IMG/VR virus record: IMGVR_UViG_3300029739_000183
Length of the DNA stretch: 64,000 nucleotides
DNA from: a virus
Lineage: Duplodnaviria > Heunggongvirae > Uroviricota > Caudoviricetes
Reading direction: 5' to 3' (one strand)
Positions 20,338-30,342 of this stretch are shown piece after piece. The notes beneath the pieces were generated by a model. It made no database searches and was not told where the DNA came from. It saw only the letters and a list, made by a program, of their open reading frames with translations. Each line of letters opens with the position of its first letter. The first letter of the stretch is position 1. The translations under genes and the position numbers were made by a program.

Positions 20338-21549
20338 ATGAATATTATGCACACAGGAGATTGGCATCTGGGAAAGACAATAGAAGGGCATTCGAGACTT
20401 CCAGAGCAGGAATTGTTCTTAAATGACCTTGTTTCTATTTGTGAAGAAAAACAACCCGATATGATTATTATTGCCGGGGATATCTATGATACTTTTAACC
20501 CACCAGCAGCCGCAGAACAGCTTTTTTACTCAACTGTGAAAAAGTTGTCCAGAAATGGAGATTGTATGGTTATTGTAATCGCAGGCAATCATGACAATCC
20601 GGAACGGCTTACTGCAGCAGCATCAGTGTTAGCAAGACACTCTGTAGTTATCGCAGGGCAGCCGAATACTACAATGCCAATCGGAAAATATGGAAATAAT
20701 TTTATATTCCGAAGTGGGTCAGGATATATACAGGGTAAAGTTCATGACGAGCGATTTGATATGATTTTGTTACCATTCCCTAGTGAAAGAAGAATGGGAC
20801 ACTCTATCCTGTCTCTAGCAGCTGATGAAATAACAAGAGCAAAGGAATTTGAAGTTTATATCAAAGATTGGTTTGCTAAGAGGGAAAAATGCTTTCGAAA
20901 AGATAGTGTTCATCTAGTAGCTTCACATATTTTTGTTATGGGTAGTGTAGAGGAAGGTTCTGAAAGAAGTGTACAGCTTGGAGGCAGTTATTTAGTAAGT
21001 GCAAAAGTCTTTCCAAATAACGCAGATTATATCGCACTTGGGCATGTCCACAAACCACAGGTTGTACCGGGACTTCATAAAGCAAGGTACAGTGGATCTC
21101 CAATTCAATATAATCAAAGAGAAGCTAATATCACAAAGCAGGTTCTCTTTGTTTCTGTATCTGCCGGAAAAGATGCATCTGTAGAACCTGTTTCATTGCC
21201 AGCATATAAACCAGTAGAAACATGGAAATGTGATAGCGTAGAAGAAGCAATCGCAAAATGTGCAGAAAATGCTGAAAAAGAATGTTGGGTATATCTTGAA
21301 ATTAGTACGGATGATTTTATAAGGGAAGATGATATCAAAACAATGAAATCATTAAAAAATGATATTTTGTCTATCATGCCCATCTATCGATCCATTGAAA
21401 ATGATGATGAGATAATAGAACCTAATAAGGATATTCCTTTCGAAACGATGGTAGAGAATTATTATAAAAAGAAAATAGGTACAGGAATGTCCGAAGAAAC
21501 AAAAAGTGTGCTTATGGAAATTCTTGGTGAAGATAAGGAGGATAAGTAA
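20338..21549 (+). CDS. sbcD: exonuclease SbcD (Mre11-type nuclease)
   Basis: Calcineurin-like phosphoesterase motifs (GDWHLG, GDIYD, GNHD) are present. RBS AAGGAGG upstream. Its stop overlaps the sbcC start. Confidence 0.85.
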   Translation: MNIMHTGDWHLGKTIEGHSRLPEQELFLNDLVSICEEKQPDMIIIAGDIYDTFNPPAAAEQLFYSTVKKLSRNGDCMVIVIAGNHDNPERLTAAASVLARHSVVIAGQPNTTMPIGKYGNNFIFRSGSGYIQGKVHDERFDMILLPFPSERRMGHSILSLAADEITRAKEFEVYIKDWFAKREKCFRKDSVHLVASHIFVMGSVEEGSERSVQLGGSYLVSAKVFPNNADYIALGHVHKPQVVPGLHKARYSGSPIQYNQREANITKQVLFVSVSAGKDASVEPVSLPAYKPVETWKCDSVEEAIAKCAENAEKECWVYLEISTDDFIREDDIKTMKSLKNDILSIMPIYRSIENDDEIIEPNKDIPFETMVENYYKKKIGTGMSEETKSVLMEILGEDKEDK

Positions 21550-24500
21550 TGAGACCTATTGAACTTAAAATAAAAGGAATTAATAGTTATAGGGAAGAAC
21601 AGGTAATCAATTTTAGCCAACTTACTTCTCAGGGATTTTTTGGTATCTTTGGTCCAACAGGAAGCGGTAAATCAACGATACTTGATGCTATAACATTAGC
21701 TTTATATGCAAAACTACCTCGTGGCAGCAAAAATTTTATTAATATTAATGAATCTTCTGCCAGTGTTTCGTTCCGCTTTTCTATTACAACTACAGAGACG
21801 AAGGAATATTTAGTGGAAAGAAGCTTCCGCTATCCTGGTAAAGATCGCACTTCTACAGCACGAAATACAACAGCAAGATTATCTTTATTATCTGAAACGG
21901 ATATAGATGTACTTGCAGATAAGCCAACGGATGTGACACGGTCTTGTACAGACTTACTTGGTCTGTCGAGTGATGATTTTCTTCGTACTGTTGTCCTACC
22001 GCAAGGACAGTTTAGCGATTTTTTAAAGTTAAAAAATCAGGAAAGAAGAGGCATGTTACAAAGAATATTTCATTTAGAGAGGTACGGTATTGAACTTACA
22101 AGAAAGGTAGCAGCAGCAAGACAAAGAATGGATATAGAGGTTTCTTCTTCCGAAGGAAAATTACAGGCTTATGATGATATATCTAAAGAAATTTTAGATA
22201 ATATATCAAGTGAACTTACAGAGTTGAAAGGAAAATTAGAAAAAGAAGAACTAACTGAAAAAGAATTATCCGCAAAATACCAGCTTTTGAGTGAATTGAA
22301 AGGATTGAAGTCGGAATATGATAACATTTGTCGTAAGGAGACGGAAGTGCTTTCTTCAAAAAAACAGATAGAGGATATTGAATCCTCCCTTGTATCTGTA
22401 AAACAAGCTGAAAGTATTTATCCTTTATATAAAGACTACAAGATAAGGTTAAAAGAAAGTGATCAGAGCCAAAAAGATATTGATTCTCTATTGTCTGATG
22501 AAAAAAAGCTGAAACAGCAGCAGAGTTGTTTAGAGCAAGAGATGGAGGATAACCAGTATCCTAAAGTAATTAAAGAGCTTGCAGAGAAAGAAGATACCTT
22601 AAAACAGTCAACTATCTTAAAAGAAAAGTTAGATGATATCCAAAAAGCAATTCTTGCTGCACAGGAGAGATTATCAAAAAAACAAAAGGAATCGGATTCT
22701 TTAAATGAAGATTCTTTATATTATGAAAAAGAACTCATAGCGAAAAATGAAGAGTTAGATTCTCTCTTGCTGCAACAGCAAAAATGTGTTGTTGATTCAA
22801 GATACCGTCAGTGCATTGAAGATGGTCGATTAGCAGAAAACACTTATCGTACCAAGAGGGGTTATTATACTGAGGCAAAAGGTAAACTTGAGACTTACAA
22901 ACAAAGTGTGTCCACCAAAGAACAACAGTTCGCACAGGAGAGCTTCCTTTTACAGCAGCAGATAAAAAAACTCTTAACTATCTGTGCAGAAGCAGAAAGT
23001 ATTGGAAAACAATTGGAATCAGAAATCAATCAATGTAATGAGAGAATCACTAAGCAAAAAAAAGAATATTTGCTAGAAGAACTTCGTCATTACATAAAAG
23101 ATGGAGAAAAATGCCCTTTATGTGGCAATATCCATCCATCCTATGTTTTCTTTAATAAAGAGGAAGCTCTTGGAGCATCTTTAAAAGATAAAACAAATGA
23201 ATTAAACGCTCTGAAAGAAAAGCAACAGTATGTATCACAGACTGTTCTGTTGCTGCAGGCTTCTTTAAGCGGCAAGGAAAAAGAATTGTCGTCTGATGAG
23301 ATAATAGAAACTAGCTTACCAGCAGATATAGGTACTTGGATAGAGGATAAAAAAACAAATTTGTCCGATATGTTAACTGCTTTTTCCGAGCAATGCTTAA
23401 AATGTACCTCTATGAACGCTTCAATGAAAGAAGTAAAAGATCAGTTAAAAAAAGCAGAAGATGAAGTGACTGAGTTTTATAAGGCTCTAAAGTCTTTGTT
23501 AGACAATATAAAAACGCTTAGAAAAGGGTATGATATTGCTGACTTTACTAAGGAGTTTGATTTGATTGTAGAGAAAGAAAAGAAGCGAGAAGAGTATGAA
23601 GAGCAGATTAAAGCACTGCGATTGAAGATTAGTGAGTTAGAAAAGAGCAAAGAAGATATTAATAAGCGGAAGAATTCACTTTTACAGGAGCTTACAAAGT
23701 GTCAAGCAGAGGAGAAGCAGAGAGTGGATGAAAAAAAATCCCTATGTGAGCAGTTTCCAGACAATTTTAATGAGTCGGAAGATTATCAATCCGCTCTTAA
23801 AACGACAGAATCTGAGAAAAACATATTGACGGAAAAATATGAAAATTGGAAGAAATCTGAACAGGAAGTTCAAGCATCCTTACAAAAAGTATCAGGTTCC
23901 TTGCAAACACAGGAAAACTGTTTAAAATCTTCACAGGAAAAACAGCGTGAAGCATATGCTGTATATTTAAAAGAACTGGAAAGATTAGGACTGTCCCCTG
24001 ATTTTGATGTAGAAAAGAATCTTATGGAAGAGGATAAAAAGCAATCCCTTTTAGAGAAAGTGAACAGCTATAAAGAAAGTTTGAAGGATATAGATACTCA
24101 AAAAACTTATCTTAAAGGAAAAATAAAAGACCAGACTTTTGATGAAAAAGAATGGAAAGATTTAATAGAAGCATTGAGTACTTCTAAAGAGTCTTTGTTA
24201 AATTACCGGAAAAAAATAGCAGTATATGAATCACAAAGTACAGACATCCAAAAGCGCTTAGCACAGAAAGATGAGATTAATGCAAAATATCAGCAGATCA
24301 TCCACAGACGTAGTATTATCCGTGAATTAGAGGAGCTTTTCAAAGGAAATGCTTTCATTGAGTATGTTGCAGAATCTCGTCTTCGATATATTGCAAAGGA
24401 AGCATCGTCTATCTTGTCTCATATTTCTAATGGAAATTATACACTGGATGTAAATGATGCAACAGAGTTTGTTATCAGAGATAACAAAAATGGAGGAGTC

Positions 24501-24818
24501 CTCCGAGCAGCAGATACTTTATCCGGCGGTGAAATCTTTATAACATCCTTGTCATTAGCATTGGCTTTATCATCGTCAATACAGTTAAATGGTTCCGCTC
24601 CGTTGGAGTTATTCTTCCTTGATGAAGGATTTGGAAGCCTTGATGACGAATTGCTTAATATTGTTATGGATAGTTTGGAAAGGATAAAGACAGACCGGAG
24701 AAGTATCGGTATTATTTCTCATGTTGAAAACCTAAAAGAGCGTGTTCCTGTAAAATTATTGATCGAACCATCACAAAATACAGGAAGCGGTAGCCATATC
24801 CGAGTACAATACTCATAA
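21549..24818 (+). CDS. sbcC: exonuclease SbcC (Rad50-type ATPase)
   Basis: N-terminal Walker A (GPTGSGKST), a long coiled coil with a CPLCG zinc hook, and a C-terminal signature/Walker B (LSGGE..FLDEGFG). Confidence 0.85.
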   Translation: MRPIELKIKGINSYREEQVINFSQLTSQGFFGIFGPTGSGKSTILDAITLALYAKLPRGSKNFININESSASVSFRFSITTTETKEYLVERSFRYPGKDRTSTARNTTARLSLLSETDIDVLADKPTDVTRSCTDLLGLSSDDFLRTVVLPQGQFSDFLKLKNQERRGMLQRIFHLERYGIELTRKVAAARQRMDIEVSSSEGKLQAYDDISKEILDNISSELTELKGKLEKEELTEKELSAKYQLLSELKGLKSEYDNICRKETEVLSSKKQIEDIESSLVSVKQAESIYPLYKDYKIRLKESDQSQKDIDSLLSDEKKLKQQQSCLEQEMEDNQYPKVIKELAEKEDTLKQSTILKEKLDDIQKAILAAQERLSKKQKESDSLNEDSLYYEKELIAKNEELDSLLLQQQKCVVDSRYRQCIEDGRLAENTYRTKRGYYTEAKGKLETYKQSVSTKEQQFAQESFLLQQQIKKLLTICAEAESIGKQLESEINQCNERITKQKKEYLLEELRHYIKDGEKCPLCGNIHPSYVFFNKEEALGASLKDKTNELNALKEKQQYVSQTVLLLQASLSGKEKELSSDEIIETSLPADIGTWIEDKKTNLSDMLTAFSEQCLKCTSMNASMKEVKDQLKKAEDEVTEFYKALKSLLDNIKTLRKGYDIADFTKEFDLIVEKEKKREEYEEQIKALRLKISELEKSKEDINKRKNSLLQELTKCQAEEKQRVDEKKSLCEQFPDNFNESEDYQSALKTTESEKNILTEKYENWKKSEQEVQASLQKVSGSLQTQENCLKSSQEKQREAYAVYLKELERLGLSPDFDVEKNLMEEDKKQSLLEKVNSYKESLKDIDTQKTYLKGKIKDQTFDEKEWKDLIEALSTSKESLLNYRKKIAVYESQSTDIQKRLAQKDEINAKYQQIIHRRSIIRELEELFKGNAFIEYVAESRLRYIAKEASSILSHISNGNYTLDVNDATEFVIRDNKNGGVLRAADTLSGGEIFITSLSLALALSSSIQLNGSAPLELFFLDEGFGSLDDELLNIVMDSLERIKTDRRSIGIISHVENLKERVPVKLLIEPSQNTGSGSHIRVQYS

Positions 24819-24836
24819 TAATTCATAACAAAGCAA

Positions 24837-24866
24837 CAAAAACCGCCTCATATGAGGCGGTTTTTG
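24837..24866 (+). terminator. Rho-independent terminator after sbcC
   Basis: AAAAACCGCCTCATATGAGGCGGTTTTTG hairpin. Confidence 0.6.
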
Positions 24867-24884
24867 TTATTTGGTTTGTGGTGC

Positions 24885-25922
24885 TTAAAGATGATATTCT
24901 TTTAATAAATTATCTCGGTAAGCAGGATCAGTAACAGCGCGTACAAGATCCTCCATACGTCCATCATTTAAAAGAAATTGATTGAGTTGTGTAAGCTTTT
25001 CTATGCCTTCGTCTACTCCTTCAGCACGACCTTCAGCACGACCTTCAGCACGACCCTCAGCACGACCCTCAGCATGTCCTTTTGCTCTTCCTTCACGCCA
25101 TCCGTCTTCTAAAATAGCTTCGCTAAGATTGCACATAAGATCACTCCTTTCCATCATGATCCGTGTCATAGGGATATGATATTCCTGTTCTAACACTTTC
25201 TTCCGTTGTGCTGCCGGCATTGTTGGCGACAAGAGAGTGCCTAACATCCGGTGCAGGTTCCCTGGATCTTTTTCCTTAGATAGTTTTTTTGAAAGACAGA
25301 CCATGATAACTTCCATCAGATCATATCGTACTTTTTCTGTCGGGAACTGTCCAACAATATGTTCTGGAGTAATATGATACCGGGTGATTGTGTTTTCTGC
25401 GTACTTTGGAGAGTCCATACAGATCCATATGCTAATCACTTTTTTTAAACTGTTGAAATCTGGATCTTCAAACTCTTTTCCAAGCTGTGCGGATGTCATG
25501 CGGGAAGTATAAAAGAACCCCCTTGTCACAAAATCGTGTCCTGTGTGGTATTTTTTCTGTGCTTCGACATCTAAGATGATTTTGACTTTTCCCTTCTCAT
25601 CTGGAGTGTAAGCATAAAAATGAATATCATACACCACTTTTTTCTCATTTGGGACACTGTCCTCGGTATTCATACCAGTAATCTCTGGGTTTTGTGTTCG
25701 TTTGTTTGTCTCGCCGGGATATAAGTGTACGGTAGAAATCTCTGGTTGTCCTTCAATTAGAGGAACGATATCTTCCGGTTTCATCCCTTTGTATTCTGAT
25801 ACACACCTTGCAAGGATATGTGCCAGAATGATTTTTTCTGATAAAAGGCTTTTTGCGTATTCATCATATTTTGCTTTCGCTTCAGATAAATCCAGTTTTC
25901 TTGAAATACTTGTTTCATCCAT
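24885..25922 (-). CDS. Rpn-family recombination-promoting nuclease / PD-(D/E)xK putative transposase (YhgA-like)
   Basis: Family-typical C-terminal tail with tandem (A/H)EGR repeats followed by ..LNQFLLNDGRMEDLVRAVTDPAYRDNLLKEY. The start was set at the ATG at 25922 (MDETS..), 8-10 nt after GGAAGGAGG. The track start is GTG with no spacer. Confidence 0.65.
   Translation of the reverse strand: MDETSISRKLDLSEAKAKYDEYAKSLLSEKIILAHILARCVSEYKGMKPEDIVPLIEGQPEISTVHLYPGETNKRTQNPEITGMNTEDSVPNEKKVVYDIHFYAYTPDEKGKVKIILDVEAQKKYHTGHDFVTRGFFYTSRMTSAQLGKEFEDPDFNSLKKVISIWICMDSPKYAENTITRYHITPEHIVGQFPTEKVRYDLMEVIMVCLSKKLSKEKDPGNLHRMLGTLLSPTMPAAQRKKVLEQEYHIPMTRIMMERSDLMCNLSEAILEDGWREGRAKGHAEGRAEGRAEGRAEGRAEGVDEGIEKLTQLNQFLLNDGRMEDLVRAVTDPAYRDNLLKEYHL
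25014..25080 (-). repeat. 12-bp tandem repeat (x5, TCAGCACGACCT-like) inside the rpn coding sequence encoding (AEGR)n
   Basis: Near-perfect direct repeats are visible at 25021-25075. Confidence 0.7.
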
Positions 25923-26071
25923 CTGTTCCACCTCCTTCCGTTACGGCAGGTAGGAACAATCCCATATCCTGCCAATAATATATCCAAGCTGGATATGGTA
26001 AGCATCCAATTAATGTCTCCTTATTTTGAATTCTTACTCATATGATAACATGTTTTATTACATGAAACAAG

Positions 26072-26094
26072 TTTTTAGAATCCGATTCTTTTTC
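26072..26094 (+). repeat. palindromic element AGAATCCGATTCT with T-rich flanks
   Basis: Copy 2 of the recurrent AAAAGAATCGGATTCTTTT family; 75 nt upstream of the ATG at 26169. Confidence 0.6.
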
Positions 26095-26168
26095 CATAAA
26101 TTCAGAAATCATACTTTTCTTCATATTAAAAACGTAAAAATTTTTCAAATATAAAGGAGGAACAAATT

Positions 26169-26621
26169 ATGAGTTATTATGCAGGATATCATGGTGTCGC
26201 TTGTTATTTATCAATCGAGGATTTCGAGGATTTTATGAAATCTTATTTTAAACTGCACCCAGACTTAACAGAAGAGGAAAGAGAGGATTTAGACCTGGAG
26301 GAATATGCTTTTAAAAAAAGTGATGGAAGTGGTGATTTTAGCTTTTTTGAAGTCACTGCGGATAGTGCGGATGGAATGAGAATATTCCCATTTCAATACG
26401 AAAACATTCCAGGAAAAGAATGTATCGATTTGCCAATAGTAGACCAATATGTCGTCTTTGCGGATTATCAGCCAGATACTTTAGAATTTATATGTAATCC
26501 TCAATATCATAGCTATGAGGATATACTGAAAGAATTTAAAGGAAAATTAGAAAAATATCTTCCTGAAAATTTTCCGTGGGATGAAAGAATCGGTAGATAT
26601 AGTTATGTTGTTTATGCGTAA
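26169..26621 (+). CDS. hypothetical protein (150 aa, acidic)
   Basis: ORF with RBS AAGGAGGAAC before the ATG. Preceded by the palindrome module. Confidence 0.45.
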   Translation: MSYYAGYHGVACYLSIEDFEDFMKSYFKLHPDLTEEEREDLDLEEYAFKKSDGSGDFSFFEVTADSADGMRIFPFQYENIPGKECIDLPIVDQYVVFADYQPDTLEFICNPQYHSYEDILKEFKGKLEKYLPENFPWDERIGRYSYVVYA

Positions 26622-26639
26622 TGAAAAAAGGAGAATACA

Positions 26640-27332
26640 ATGGATATTTATACAATTCTGTCATTAAAAGAACAGCTAGATGATTTAGATAAGAAAAGAA
26701 TCCATTTATACAATAATATAAAAAAATATTGTGAATCCTTAGATCCAGAGTATTTAAAAACGCTAGATTACACTGAACTTAAAGAGTTCTTTCATGCTCT
26801 TGAATTTTATCTGCCAGAGAGTGTTCAGATGGTTTACCGTAGAATACGGGAAGAAAAATATCCAGAATTAAAAAAAGCTGTATATTATCCAGAATTAAAT
26901 CAGATTGATTTTCTATCTTTAAAGAAAATCAAGACGATAGATACACTATTGGGCACAAAATGGAAAAAAGGTGATTTTATATATAAACCTTTTTACTCTG
27001 CAGCTGATTTAAACCGTGAAGAACAGGAGAAATTTAATGATTATGCTGTAGCAAAAAGGATATTTATAAAAAAATATAGATTTCGATGTAAATGTGGAAA
27101 ATGTTTTAGTAGACTTTTTTCCAAAGACACATTTAATAACATGAAACGTTTTTATGAATCTGGAATAGATACTACAGGTTCAGACGAAGTGGATTCTTAC
27201 TTTTATATTGAATGCGAATATGATTCTGATTGCGACCTCGAAATTTGTGATAAAAAAAGTTTCGAAAGAGCAAAGTACGATGTTTGTTACATAAAGGCTA
27301 AAGAGCCTAATACCGAACATGAGCAATACTAA
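26640..27332 (+). CDS. hypothetical protein with C-terminal Cys cluster
   Basis: ORF with RBS AAAAGGAGAATAC before the ATG. Contains FRCKCGKCF and CEYDSDCDLEICD. Confidence 0.45.
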   Translation: MDIYTILSLKEQLDDLDKKRIHLYNNIKKYCESLDPEYLKTLDYTELKEFFHALEFYLPESVQMVYRRIREEKYPELKKAVYYPELNQIDFLSLKKIKTIDTLLGTKWKKGDFIYKPFYSAADLNREEQEKFNDYAVAKRIFIKKYRFRCKCGKCFSRLFSKDTFNNMKRFYESGIDTTGSDEVDSYFYIECEYDSDCDLEICDKKSFERAKYDVCYIKAKEPNTEHEQY

Positions 27333-27351
27333 TACTAAAAAGGAGAACTTT

Positions 27352-27477
27352 TATGAAGTACGGAAAAGTAATTGATTTACATGAAAAGAGAAGAGAGATT
27401 TTCCGCAAAAAGATTGTTAAAAGCCTAAAACATAGCGTTAAAACTGCGAAGAAGAATCTTAGTGATCTGGAAAAATA
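27352..27477 (+). CDS. small basic protein (41 aa)
   Basis: AAAAGGAGAAC RBS lies 5 nt before the ATG. A terminator-like hairpin (AAAAGGAATCAG..CTGGTTCCTTTTTTTT) follows at 27501-27535. Confidence 0.3.
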
Positions 27478-27535
27478 AATCCTATCATAATATTTACTCG
27501 AAAAGGAATCAGAAAATTTCTGGTTCCTTTTTTTT

Positions 27536-27556
27536 GAAAAGAATCGAATTCTTTTT
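27536..27556 (+). repeat. palindromic element GAAAAGAATCGAATTCTTTTT
   Basis: Copy 3 of the palindrome family; 86 nt upstream of the ATG at 27642. Confidence 0.6.
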
Positions 27557-27641
27557 GTAGCCAGTTGGCGAAAATCGAAAAAGAAAAATATTAAAATATA
27601 CAAATTAGTTATATAAAAATTTCAAACAAGGAGGAAGTTCT

Positions 27642-27914
27642 ATGAATTTCAAATTAACTTTCACAAGCAATGAGGATATTATGGAAAAATATGGTTCAAC
27701 ACAGGGAAGATCGATAAGTACGAACAAAATTGTTGAATTTATAAAACCGCTAATATCCATTGATTTGCCTAATATGGCAGCACAGATGAGGTTTTGTTTA
27801 GAATCTGGCGAGGGGTTTAAGATATTCCCTCAAAAGATCAGTGTTCAAGGAAACAGCCCCAAAGTTTACACAATAAAAACAGCAAGAAGTCTTTATGTGT
27901 TTGAAGAACTTTAA
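27642..27914 (+). CDS. hypothetical protein (90 aa)
   Basis: ORF with RBS CAAGGAGGAAG before the ATG. Confidence 0.4.
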   Translation: MNFKLTFTSNEDIMEKYGSTQGRSISTNKIVEFIKPLISIDLPNMAAQMRFCLESGEGFKIFPQKISVQGNSPKVYTIKTARSLYVFEEL

Positions 27915-28075
27915 AATTCATAGTTGATAAGAAAGAAAGTCTAAACAGGGCTTTCTTTTTTTGATTAAAAAGAAAAATTATAAAAATATTCAGATTAATA
28001 AGGTAAAAGAAATTTTTCAAAATAAGGAGGATAAAAATATGCAGACAAGAAAAGGTAGACATGAAATATCTTGGT

Positions 28076-28092
28076 GGAATCGAATTCTTTTT
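28076..28092 (+). repeat. palindromic element GGAATCGAATTCTTTTT
   Basis: Copy 4 of the palindrome family. It lies inside a possible 23-aa mini-ORF (28039..28110, RBS AAGGAGG) and 39 nt upstream of the ATG at 28131. Confidence 0.5.
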
Positions 28093-28130
28093 CATAGAAT
28101 AGATCAGTAAAATAAGAAGGAGAAAAAGAT

Positions 28131-29024
28131 ATGAGCAAGATATTAAATAACCCAAAACAGATTGCCGGGTTAACTCACAGCCGGGGAAAAGGAAAAGCGA
28201 TTGTTTTTGCCATCCAAAATGAGTTAGATATTGCCAAATGTGAAAATAAAAATGAACCGTTAAATTTACATAGTAAATTCAGCCGTTTCCCTGTCGTAAT
28301 TATTAATGAAAATAACCGCCCTGCAACAGCTAATATTCCTGTTAATGAAATGTTGAATATCATTATGAAATCAAAAACATTACATGATCTGGAAATAAAA
28401 CAGGCATGCACGCCACATAATGAGGAATTTTCTTCTCCTGCTTACACCGTTCGATTTACCTCCGGTGATATGCGAGGAATGACACCAGCAGAAGTTCTTT
28501 TAAAAGATCCGGAAAATTCGAAAAAATTAAATGAACAATATACGTTTTTGAAAGAAAATCTGCCGAAATATCCTAAAAATAAAAAGCAGTTAGATGCAAT
28601 CACCGATGCTGCTCGGCTTTACAAAGAAGGTAAACTGCAGAAATCAGAAAGGACTGTTATTCCATCTTATCTTTTGTATGAATCTGGATTCCGCCCTCTT
28701 ACAAGAAGAGAAAAAAAAGATGGATTGACATTTGTTTACCAGATAAAACTGACTTGGAATTTCGGAGAGAGTAATCCAGTACGGTTAGAAATTGAAAATT
28801 TTTATGCACCTGTTATACAGACAGAACAAGGTCTTTTAAACGTACAAGCAAAAGAGAAAAAAAATAGTACGGCGAATGAATTCCATTTTTCTTTAGATGA
28901 ATGGAATTGGCTGATACATCTGATTGAATCGAATATCCGTATTTTTGAAGCAATTGCTGGACCAAAAGCGCTTAAAATTGCAACAAATATGGCGGAAGAA
29001 AAAAAAGAAAAGTTTGCACTATAA
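28131..29024 (+). CDS. hypothetical protein (297 aa)
   Basis: ORF with RBS AAGAAGGAGAAAAAG before the ATG. No recognisable family. Confidence 0.45.
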   Translation: MSKILNNPKQIAGLTHSRGKGKAIVFAIQNELDIAKCENKNEPLNLHSKFSRFPVVIINENNRPATANIPVNEMLNIIMKSKTLHDLEIKQACTPHNEEFSSPAYTVRFTSGDMRGMTPAEVLLKDPENSKKLNEQYTFLKENLPKYPKNKKQLDAITDAARLYKEGKLQKSERTVIPSYLLYESGFRPLTRREKKDGLTFVYQIKLTWNFGESNPVRLEIENFYAPVIQTEQGLLNVQAKEKKNSTANEFHFSLDEWNWLIHLIESNIRIFEAIAGPKALKIATNMAEEKKEKFAL

Positions 29025-29033
29025 AAAAGACCC

Positions 29034-29061
29034 TTCGGGGTCTTTTTTTTTGAAAAATGAG
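29034..29061 (+). terminator. Rho-independent terminator
   Basis: AAAAAGACCCTTCGGGGTCTTTTTTTTT hairpin. Confidence 0.6.
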
Positions 29062-29164
29062 TATTTTTGGACTAAAACTAGAAATTAGAACAAAATTAAA
29101 AATTATAATCTTCCACATATTATAATCGTACATAAAATACTTTCAATATAAAGGAGGAAAAATA

Positions 29165-29602
29165 ATGTTGAACAAAGTAATTTTAATGGGCCGTTTAACA
29201 AGGAACCCGGAAGTCAGATATTCTCAGGGTGAGAAAGCAACATGTGTAGCAAAATATACTTTGGCTGTAAACAGAAGATTTCACAGAGAAGGTGAACAGG
29301 ATGTAGATTTTATCAACTGTGTTGCTTTTGGTAAACAGGGAGAATTTGCTGAGAAATACTTGAAACAGGGTACAAAGATTGTCATTTCCGGAAGAATTCA
29401 GACAGGTAGTTATACCAATCGTGACGGAGTTAAAGTTTATACAACAGACGTTGTTATTGAAGAACAGGAATTTGCAGAAAGCAAAAAAGCTGCAGAAACA
29501 TCTTCAACTCCACAGAATACACAGGGTGTAAAATCAAACCCTGAAGATGATGGATTTATGACTATTCCAGAAGGTGTGGAAGAAGAACTGCCGTTTATTT
29601 AA
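29165..29602 (+). CDS. ssb: single-stranded DNA-binding protein
   Basis: N-terminal OB fold (MLNKVILMGRLTRNPEVRY), an acidic C-terminal tail ending DDGFMTIPEG..EELPFI (DDIPF-type), and RBS AAGGAGG upstream. Confidence 0.85.
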   Translation: MLNKVILMGRLTRNPEVRYSQGEKATCVAKYTLAVNRRFHREGEQDVDFINCVAFGKQGEFAEKYLKQGTKIVISGRIQTGSYTNRDGVKVYTTDVVIEEQEFAESKKAAETSSTPQNTQGVKSNPEDDGFMTIPEGVEEELPFI

Positions 29603-29618
29603 AATTCAAAACAACACA

Positions 29619-29650
29619 AAAAAGACCTATCACATCATAGGTCTTTTTTT
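29619..29650. terminator. bidirectional terminator hairpin between ssb and the convergent gene
   Basis: AAAAAGACCTATCACATCATAGGTCTTTTTTT hairpin. Confidence 0.5.
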
Positions 29651-30342
29651 AATTCTTTCGTTTGAAAAATGCGTGAAATATTTAATTGCTCTATAAGGAT
29701 TTTTTGTAGAAATTTTGGTTCTTCTCGGGCATATTCTACAGATTTAAACATCTGGTCTGTGATATCTGTGTCGAAAACAGGAGTTACAAAATAACCTTTT
29801 TTCTTTAGATACAGGAGAAGATGACGATATATTGTCATGAGATCCTTATCTGGGAAAAAGACCAATGCTGCATAAAAAAAAGCATCTGACAATTCTGGTA
29901 TAGTGATGATTGGCTCTAATTTAATTACTTTTCCCCGCTTATGCTGACGGTTTGCTTCTTTTATAATTTCTGTAGTATCCGGGGTTCCACCATGAAATAT
30001 CAGCAGAATGTCAGCACTAGCTATCATATGTTTCATTCGAGAAAAATAAGGAGACTTTTCATCTGCAACTAAAGGAAAACTACGAATCTTTAATTCATTT
30101 TTATCTGCGTATTCTCCTAAGATTCTTTCCTTGTCTTCTTCACGGGATAAGATTTCATCTACGGGAATCCTTTTTAAAAAAGAATCGAGTTCGGAATATA
30201 TCACATCTTGTCGAGAGTAGCCATCAGGAATAACAACCATCAATTTTTTCTTTTTTTTCTTTCGGCAATATTCTTTTTTTTCACATTCAAGACAATCTAT
30301 ATATAAAACCGGTTCTCCGGTAAGATAACATATCTTTGCCAT
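29635..30342 (-). CDS. hypothetical protein with N-terminal zinc ribbon and SLOG/DprA-LOG-like Rossmann core
   Basis: N-terminal CYLTGEP..CLEC..C motif. The central ADILLIFHGGTPDTTEIIKEA segment resembles the DprA/LOG (SLOG) nucleotide-binding fold. It is divergent from hsdM. Assigned by pattern only. Confidence 0.3.
   Translation of the reverse strand: MAKICYLTGEPVLYIDCLECEKKEYCRKKKKKKLMVVIPDGYSRQDVIYSELDSFLKRIPVDEILSREEDKERILGEYADKNELKIRSFPLVADEKSPYFSRMKHMIASADILLIFHGGTPDTTEIIKEANRQHKRGKVIKLEPIITIPELSDAFFYAALVFFPDKDLMTIYRHLLLYLKKKGYFVTPVFDTDITDQMFKSVEYAREEPKFLQKILIEQLNISRIFQTKELKKDL

Noticed and set aside
26072-26094. Palindrome family considered as LexA (Cheo box) or CcpA cre sites
   Set aside because: AGAATCnGATTCT does not match GAAC-N4-GTTC or the cre consensus. 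The regulator, if any, is unknown.
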